A DNA stretch of 64,000 nucleotides, from NCBI GenBank assembly GCA_964494065.1, contig CAZBRE010000001.1:14737-78736 (forward strand), written 5' to 3'. Made by a program: the position numbers and the translations under genes. The stretch is from an uncultured Alphaproteobacteria bacterium (lineage in GTDB: Bacteria; Pseudomonadota; Alphaproteobacteria; JAPULJ01). Shown here in pieces: positions 58,234-64,000 of this stretch (position 1 is the stretch's first letter; every line of letters starts with the position of its first letter). The notes under the pieces are model-generated. The model was given only the letters and a program-made list of their open reading frames with translations, did no database searches and had not been told where the DNA came from.

Positions 58234-59316
58234 ATGAAATTCGCCCATTTCGCCCATGTCTGGACCAAGCCCGGCATGACGCCGCACGACCGCTACGAGC
58301 AGCTCTGGCGCGAGCTGGAGCTCTGCGACGCGCTCGGCTTCGACTACGGCTTCTGCGTCGAGCACCATTTCACGCCGCATGAAAGCTGGATGTCCGCGCC
58401 CAGCCTCTTCACGGTCGGCGCCGGCGCCAGGACCAAGAATATCCGCCTCGGGCCCATGGGATATGTGGTGCCGCTTTACCACCCGCTGCGCCTCGCCGAG
58501 GAAATCGCGATCATCGACCAGATGCTGGACGGGCGCATGGAGATCGGCTTGGTTCCCGGCATCATGGGCTCCTACTTCGAGCCCTTCGGCCTCGACTACA
58601 CCAAGCGCAAGTCGCCGACGCTCGAATATCCCGACTATCTTCGCGCCGCCTATGGCGACACCCAGCCCTTCTCATTCTCCAGCGAGAGCTTCACCACCAA
58701 GAACGCCCGCCTTTCGGTGATGCCGGTGCAGAAACCCCATCCGCCTCTGTGGATGATGAGCCGCGATCCCGATACCCTCGACTTCCTCGCCGCCAACGGC
58801 ATCAACACCGGCAACTTCCTGGTCTTCCCGCGCGCCGTCGCGGCCCCGCGCTACCGCAAGTACCTGGAAGACTGGAAAACGGCCGGATGGGACCGCAAGC
58901 CCAACATCGCCTACGCCACCACGATCTATGTCGACGAAAGCGACGACAAGGCGCTGGACGTGGCGCTCACCCGCGCCGCCCGCGCCTATGAGGGCATCCT
59001 GCCCGCGCATGGCGAGCCCTTCGAACGGCGTCTGGAGATCTTCCGCGAGCAGTTCGAGGCGCGCGGCGAAGCCCAGGCCGCGGCGGCGCTGACCCGCATC
59101 TTCGATCCCGAGATCATCATCGACGAAGACCTGGTCTTCATCGGCTCGCCACAAACCGTGACAGAGAAGCTGCGCGCGGCCGCCGAGACCGGCGTCTTCA
59201 ACACCTTCATGGGCGAGTTCAATTTCGGCGATCTGCCCGAGGACGATCTGATGCGCTCGATCCGCCTGTTCGGCGAGAAGGTCATCCCCGAGCTCAAGGA
59301 TTTCGAGCCGTTCTAA
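58234..59316 (+). CDS. LLM-class flavin-dependent oxidoreductase (luciferase-like monooxygenase)
   Basis: 360 aa; MKFAHFAHVW..., LLM TIM-barrel pattern. Divergent from the TAXI-TRAP operon. Confidence 0.85.
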   Translation: MKFAHFAHVWTKPGMTPHDRYEQLWRELELCDALGFDYGFCVEHHFTPHESWMSAPSLFTVGAGARTKNIRLGPMGYVVPLYHPLRLAEEIAIIDQMLDGRMEIGLVPGIMGSYFEPFGLDYTKRKSPTLEYPDYLRAAYGDTQPFSFSSESFTTKNARLSVMPVQKPHPPLWMMSRDPDTLDFLAANGINTGNFLVFPRAVAAPRYRKYLEDWKTAGWDRKPNIAYATTIYVDESDDKALDVALTRAARAYEGILPAHGEPFERRLEIFREQFEARGEAQAAAALTRIFDPEIIIDEDLVFIGSPQTVTEKLRAAAETGVFNTFMGEFNFGDLPEDDLMRSIRLFGEKVIPELKDFEPF

Positions 59317-59350
59317 GATGTGACCGAACGCGGTCTGCGCTGATGCGTGA

Positions 59351-59887
59351 CTATAAGCCCTTGGCGCACGCGGCCAGCGCCAACGTCGCCGCCTTTTCGT
59401 AGGCCGTCTGCTCGGGATCGTCCGATACCGCGAACGCGGGCTCTTCGCCGGCCCGCAAGACGAAGCCCGTGCCGCCGGCCTTTGCCGAAATCGATGCAGC
59501 GCCGGCTGCACTCTGGATGCGCGCACGGCCGCGGCGGGTCTTGTCGTGGTCGCCGGCGGTCAGACGTGCCCAAACCACAACGTCCTCGCCGTCGCGACGC
59601 CTGTCGACGATCTCGAAGCGCCAATTTTCGCCGTAGCGCCTGGCAAGCGTCTGGCCGATATCGCTCGCGCGGATATCGATATGCTCGCCGTCTGTCGACC
59701 GTGCCGGAGGGGCAGCGGCGGGCGGTGCGGACATTTCTGCCGGCGCGGAAGGCCGCGGAGGCTCGGCGCGGAGCTCCGGCCGCGCCGCCGGCGCACGCCG
59801 GGTCAGCAGCGCGTCGAACTGCCTGCGGTTGTCATCGAGCATGCGGTCGAAGGGCGAGGACCGCTTGCCGCCCGCATCGGTCGTCAT
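59351..59887 (-). CDS. hypothetical protein (Pro/Ala-rich N-terminal half, conserved C-terminal ~90 aa)
   Basis: 178-aa ORF, 7 nt downstream of the isochorismatase-like gene on the same strand. No family recognised. Confidence 0.35.
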   Translation of the reverse strand: MTTDAGGKRSSPFDRMLDDNRRQFDALLTRRAPAARPELRAEPPRPSAPAEMSAPPAAAPPARSTDGEHIDIRASDIGQTLARRYGENWRFEIVDRRRDGEDVVVWARLTAGDHDKTRRGRARIQSAAGAASISAKAGGTGFVLRAGEEPAFAVSDDPEQTAYEKAATLALAACAKGL

Positions 59888-59894
59888 CGCTGGC

Positions 59895-60611
59895 TCATCG
59901 CGCGCTCGCCGGCTCGTTCCACCAGCGCTGGAAGTCGTCGCGCGCTTCGCCGGCCATGCCGCCGATGGTGGAGAGGCCGGTCAGGTAGTCGAGCACCTCG
60001 CGGCTCTCCACCACGTCGCCGTATTTGGCCTCGATGTCGAAGAGGTTGGCCTCGTGGGTGCCTTCCGCGCGGTCCCCTACCCCGTCGCGCACGACGATGC
60101 AGTGATAGCCGCTCTGCATGGTGTCGATGGCCGAGGATCGGATGCAGCCGCTCGTGGTGCAGCCGGTCATCACCACCGTGTCGACGCCGAGGCTCCGGAG
60201 ATAAGCGTCGAGGTCGGTGCCGAAGAAGGCGCTGGCGAACTTCTTCTCCACCACGCGCTCGCCCGGCGCCGGGGCGATGCGTTCGTCGACCTCCACCATC
60301 GAGGAACCACGCACCAGGATCGAGAGCGAGGGCACCTTTTTGATGAACATGCCGGCGTCGCGGAGGTCCGCCTCGTAGACGACGGTCGTGTAGACGACCG
60401 GCAGGTGGCTGCCGCGGAAGGCCTGGATGAGACGGTCGGTCACCGCGAGCTGGGGAGAGAAGTCGCCGCCCAACGGCGTCGAGGCGTCGGTGAAACCGTT
60501 GATGAAGTCGACGATGAGCAGCGCCGGATGCTTGCCGAAGCCCATGCGGTTGGCGAAGCCCTTCCGGCGGTAGGCATCGTGGGTATGGCCGTTGTCCATG
60601 GCACGCTCCAT
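59895..60611 (-). CDS. isochorismatase-family cysteine hydrolase (N-carbamoylsarcosine amidase/CSHase-like)
   Basis: [11 protein letters not shown]...(D), K (FIKK), and the catalytic Cys in [15 protein letters not shown]. Start at M7 (60611); alternatives at 60629 or 60599. Confidence 0.75.
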   Translation of the reverse strand: MERAMDNGHTHDAYRRKGFANRMGFGKHPALLIVDFINGFTDASTPLGGDFSPQLAVTDRLIQAFRGSHLPVVYTTVVYEADLRDAGMFIKKVPSLSILVRGSSMVEVDERIAPAPGERVVEKKFASAFFGTDLDAYLRSLGVDTVVMTGCTTSGCIRSSAIDTMQSGYHCIVVRDGVGDRAEGTHEANLFDIEAKYGDVVESREVLDYLTGLSTIGGMAGEARDDFQRWWNEPASAR

Positions 60612-60617
60612 CGTGGG

Positions 60618-60634
60618 ATCGTTTCGCAAACGAT
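60618..60634. promoter_or_regulatory. inverted repeat ATCGTTT-cgc-AAACGAT at the 5' end of the isochorismatase-like gene, in the divergent promoter region
   Basis: Seen in sequence; perfect 7-3-7 arms. Confidence 0.3.
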
Positions 60635-60838
60635 AGCCGCTCGCCGAAGCCCGCGCAAACGCGCGTCACGCATACCATCTGGAGGGATTGCGTCCGCCGG
60701 GAAAACATGGACACTCATTTGTCACGTGATGGACTTCGCGTCCCGGCGGCACGCCTTTGCGGACATCGACGATCGTTGCCGAATGGCACTGATCCGGCGC
60801 GCCGGGACCTGACGGCGGAATTTGCTGGAGAGACCGCA

Positions 60839-61924
60839 ATGAACGACGACCACGATCCACGCAGATACGGCGGGCGCAGCGCCCGCGCCGAGATCGGCCC
60901 GCGCTATCAGCCGCGTTCGCTGCTCGATTCGCGTGGCGGCGGTAGCGGCCACAGCGGCGCCTATCTGCCGACCGGCCGGCCGCCGACCCAGGCAAAAGCC
61001 AGCGGCGGCGGCAAGAAGGACATCCTCTGCGCCTTCGGCATCGACGTCGACGCGGTGGCGGGCTGGCTCGGCTCCTACGGCGGCGAGGACTCGCCCTGCG
61101 ACATCTCGCGCGGCATCTTCTCCGGCGAGATCGGCGCGCCGCGTCTGGTCAAGCTCTTCGACCGCTTCGGCATCAAGACGACCTGGTTCATCCCCGGCCA
61201 CTCGATCGAGACCTTCCCCGACCAGATGAAGCTGGTCGTCGATGCGGGTCACGAGATCGGCATGCACGGCTACTCCCACGAGAACCCCATCGCCATGACG
61301 CCCGAGCAGGAAGAGGCGGTGATGGACAAGTGCATCGACCTCATCGAGCGCCTCTCCGGGCGGCGGCCGACCGGCTATGTGGCGCCGTGGTGGGAGTTCA
61401 GCCCGGTGACCAACGAGCTGCTGCTCAAGAAGGGTATCAAGTACGACCACAGCCTGATGAACAACGACTTTCACCCCTTCTATGTGCGGGTGGGCGACAG
61501 CTGGACGAAGATCGACTATTCGAAACGCGCCGAAGACTGGATGAAGCCGCTGGTGCGCGGCCAGGAGACCGACCTGATCGATATCCCCGGCAGCTGGTAC
61601 TTGGACGACCTGCCGCCGATGATGTTCATCAAGGGGGCGCCGAACAGCTTCGGCTGGGTCAGCCCGCAACATGTCGAGCGGCTCTGGTGCGACCAGTTCG
61701 ATTGGGTCTACCGCGAATACGACTACGCGACCTTCTGCATGACGATCCATCCCGACGTCTCGGGCCGGCCGCAGGTGCTGCTGATGCTCGAACGCGTCTT
61801 CGAGCATATCAGCCGGCATACGGGCGTGCGCTTCGTCACCTTCGATCAGATCGCCGACGACTTCCGCGAGCGCTTCCCGCGCGAAGGCGCGGCGCGGCCG
61901 GAAACCGTCTATACGAGCGTTTAG
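60839..61924 (+). CDS. polysaccharide deacetylase family protein (NodB-homology; PuuE-allantoinase-like divalent-metal hydrolase)
   Basis: Start at Met 60839 ([12 protein letters not shown]...). Motifs DVDAVAG, IETFPDQ, HGYSHE typical of the carbohydrate esterase 4/PuuE family. Confidence 0.7.
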   Translation: MNDDHDPRRYGGRSARAEIGPRYQPRSLLDSRGGGSGHSGAYLPTGRPPTQAKASGGGKKDILCAFGIDVDAVAGWLGSYGGEDSPCDISRGIFSGEIGAPRLVKLFDRFGIKTTWFIPGHSIETFPDQMKLVVDAGHEIGMHGYSHENPIAMTPEQEEAVMDKCIDLIERLSGRRPTGYVAPWWEFSPVTNELLLKKGIKYDHSLMNNDFHPFYVRVGDSWTKIDYSKRAEDWMKPLVRGQETDLIDIPGSWYLDDLPPMMFIKGAPNSFGWVSPQHVERLWCDQFDWVYREYDYATFCMTIHPDVSGRPQVLLMLERVFEHISRHTGVRFVTFDQIADDFRERFPREGAARPETVYTSV

Positions 61925-61956
61925 GCGGAAGGGACCGAAAGGAGGTCCGTAAAACG

Positions 61957-62280
61957 ATGTGCAGCCTTTGCGGGGTTCTGGGCGGGCGCGGCCACTGGAC
62001 CGAGAGCGCCAGCACGCCCGAGGCTTTCGCCAGCCGGCTCGATGCGACCACCCGCCGCCGCGAGCGCCAGGAGCGAACGGCGATCGCCAACCGCATCCTC
62101 ACCCATTACGGGCTCACCCTGAAGGACTGGGGCGGCTCGTCCTACATCCTCTCGACCAAGACCGGACGGACGGTGATCGTCGACAATCTGAGTGAGATCT
62201 GGATCGCCGCCGAAGCGCTGACACAGGGCGAATGCGATCCACTCGACGACGGCCTGCTGGCCGATTTGAGGGCGAGCTGA
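61957..62280 (+). CDS. small hypothetical protein with N-terminal MCSLCG motif
   Basis: 107 aa. Strong RBS AAGGAGG 12 nt upstream of ATG 61957; 21 nt upstream of the COG0523 gene. Not in the track as a separate ORF because it is the tail of a longer stop-free frame. Confidence 0.5.
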   Translation: MCSLCGVLGGRGHWTESASTPEAFASRLDATTRRRERQERTAIANRILTHYGLTLKDWGGSSYILSTKTGRTVIVDNLSEIWIAAEALTQGECDPLDDGLLADLRAS

Positions 62281-62301
62281 GGGCCGACTAAGGGCAAGAG
62301 C

Positions 62302-63351
62302 GTGACACAGTACGAGACCCTCATCCCGATTAACGTGATTACCGGCTTTCTGGGCTCGGGCAAGACGACGGTGCTGGCGCAGCTCCTGCGCGCGCCCGAT
62401 CTCAGTGACACGGCCGTGCTGATCAACGAGTTCGGCGAGGTCGGGCTCGACCACCAATTGATCGAGCATGCGGAGGAGAGCACCCTGCTGCTCGAGAACG
62501 GCTGCCTCTGCTGCGCCATCCGCGGCGACCTCAAGGACGCGCTGCGCACCCTCTTCTCGCGCTGCGCGCGGGGCGAGATCCCGCAATTCAAGCGCGTCGT
62601 GATCGAGACCTCGGGGCTCGCCGATCCGGTGCCGATCGCCTACACGATCATGGCCGAGCCGGTGCTCCAGTACCATTTCCGACTCGGCAATATCGTCACG
62701 GTGGTCGATGCGGTGACCGGGGCGGACGCACTCGCGCGCTATCCCGAATCGGAAAAGCAGGCGGCGATCGCCGACCGCATCGTGCTCAGCAAGACGGATC
62801 TTTGCGAACCCGGCGACGAGGCCACGCTGCGCGCAAAGCTGGCCGAGATCAACAGCGCCGCCCCCATCATCGATGCCGTGCGCGATGGGCTCGACGCGGA
62901 CGCGCTGCTCACCCACGACATCTATACGCCGGAGGGCAAGCGTGCGGCGATCGATGCCTGGCTCGGCGAACAGGACGGCGGTCACGAAGATGCGCATGCG
63001 GCGCATACGGCCGATGTGTCGTCCTTCTGCCTGTGGTTCGACGAAGCTCTCGATTGGACGGCCTTCGGCATCTGGATGACGATGCTACTGAACCGCCACG
63101 GCGACCGTGTCCTGCGTATCAAGGGCATGCTGAACGTCGAAGGCGTCGCCGACCCGGTGCTGATCAACGGGGTGCAGCATGTCGTGCATCCGCCGACGCA
63201 TCTGGCCGGCTGGCCCGATACGGACCGCCGCTCGCGCATCGTCTTCATCACGCGCGGACTCTCGCGGGCGCGCATCGAAGCATCGCTCGCGGCCTTCAAC
63301 GCGCTGGCAAATCCGGCGCCGAGCGGGCGCGCGGGCGTGGCGGCCGAGTAA
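62302..63351 (+). CDS. COG0523-family GTPase (CobW/Nha3/ZigA-like metallochaperone)
   Basis: P-loop GFLGSGKTT, the CxCC metal-binding motif (GCLCCAIRGD), and a His-rich stretch (GGHEDAHAAH). Confidence 0.85.
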   Translation: MTQYETLIPINVITGFLGSGKTTVLAQLLRAPDLSDTAVLINEFGEVGLDHQLIEHAEESTLLLENGCLCCAIRGDLKDALRTLFSRCARGEIPQFKRVVIETSGLADPVPIAYTIMAEPVLQYHFRLGNIVTVVDAVTGADALARYPESEKQAAIADRIVLSKTDLCEPGDEATLRAKLAEINSAAPIIDAVRDGLDADALLTHDIYTPEGKRAAIDAWLGEQDGGHEDAHAAHTADVSSFCLWFDEALDWTAFGIWMTMLLNRHGDRVLRIKGMLNVEGVADPVLINGVQHVVHPPTHLAGWPDTDRRSRIVFITRGLSRARIEASLAAFNALANPAPSGRAGVAAE

Positions 63352-63366
63352 GACCGGAAGCTGGAT

Positions 63367-63897
63367 CTAACGGGAGGAGCGGCGCGAGCTGTCGACGCTT
63401 TGCGGCGCCCGGCGCGGCCGCCAGCCGATGCGGAAGGACCGTACCATGCGGTGCAGCAGGTAAAAGCCGATCGCCAAAATCACAAGCAGAACAATGGCTA
63501 GGAGCTTCCGGCCAAAGCTCGCATCGATGATCGAGCCGGTTCTGATGAGATGCGCGCCCAGCATCTCGATCACCTGAAGTATTCCACCCGCGCATAATAT
63601 GAGCGCCACCAGGATCGCGATCTGCACGGTGTCGTAGACGAGCGCCTCGGCATCGAGCTCCTTCACGTCGCGAAAGACGTGCTGGCGATAGGACTGCCAA
63701 TGGGCGATCGCGTAAGCGACGACGCCGACGAACGCGGCGAACCAGAAAATGATTGTCGAGGCAGCGAGTCCGCGAATGCTCTCGCTGACCAGCTTCTCGA
63801 ACGGCTGATAGAAATAGAGGAAGATCAGCAAGATGATTATGCCGACCAGCACCATTCCGTATCTGTAGGGGCGCGAGCCGCCGCCGTCCTGGGCCAT
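63367..63897 (-). CDS. hypothetical membrane protein (4 predicted TM helices)
   Basis: Start at internal Met 63897 (MAQDGGGSRPYRYGMVLVGIIILLIFLYF...). Confidence 0.45.
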   Translation of the reverse strand: MAQDGGGSRPYRYGMVLVGIIILLIFLYFYQPFEKLVSESIRGLAASTIIFWFAAFVGVVAYAIAHWQSYRQHVFRDVKELDAEALVYDTVQIAILVALILCAGGILQVIEMLGAHLIRTGSIIDASFGRKLLAIVLLVILAIGFYLLHRMVRSFRIGWRPRRAPQSVDSSRRSSR

Positions 63898-64000
63898 CAC
63901 CGACGCCGCGTTGTTTCGATCACGTGGTCTCAGTACAGCATAGTCGCCCCGGCCGCAAAAGAGCGGAGGCCGCAAGGCGCGCGGCATCCCGCGTATATCA

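Overview
High-GC (~67-68%) bacterial chromosomal segment, most likely from an alphaproteobacterium (Rhizobiales/Bradyrhizobium-like codon usage). It is densely packed with transport and catabolic genes. I found no rRNA, tRNA, CRISPR array, integrase, transposase or phage genes. Most ORFs in the supplied six-frame track are antisense or alternate-frame artefacts of the high GC content; I call about 53 genes. The main blocks are: (1) a partial CoA-transferase, an alpha/beta hydrolase, an M81 (MlrC-like) peptidase and a TRAP dctM-P-Q transporter on the minus strand; (2) a GntR regulator followed by two tandem copies of a two-gene cassette (small Cys-motif protein + YdhF-like aldo/keto reductase), with a third reductase paralog divergent from the regulator and a fourth, RidA-fused paralog 6 kb downstream; (3) a Liv-type ABC importer (G,F,H,M,K) followed by an aspartate-dehydrogenase-like gene; (4) a TetR-controlled RND efflux pair; (5) a UrtABCDE-like amide/urea ABC importer whose second ATPase is fused in-frame to an amidase-signature enzyme, followed by an acyl-CoA synthetase; (6) a flotillin, an orphan LivK-like binding protein, and a MarR regulator with a second RND efflux pair; (7) a convergent cluster of a D-Ala-D-Ala-ligase-like ATP-grasp protein, a CocE/NonD hydrolase and a hypothetical protein with possible ATP-grasp features; (8) a TcuA-like flavoprotein, an intradiol dioxygenase and a GAF-adenylate cyclase; (9) a TAXI-TRAP transporter with a tandemly duplicated binding protein and a co-transcribed luciferase-like monooxygenase; (10) a divergent hydrolase cluster of an isochorismatase-like hydrolase, a polysaccharide-deacetylase-like protein, a small N-terminal Cys protein and a COG0523 GTPase. 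The most likely novel items are the duplicated small-protein/reductase cassette, the ABC-ATPase::amidase fusion, and the deacetylase/small Cys protein/COG0523 trio.
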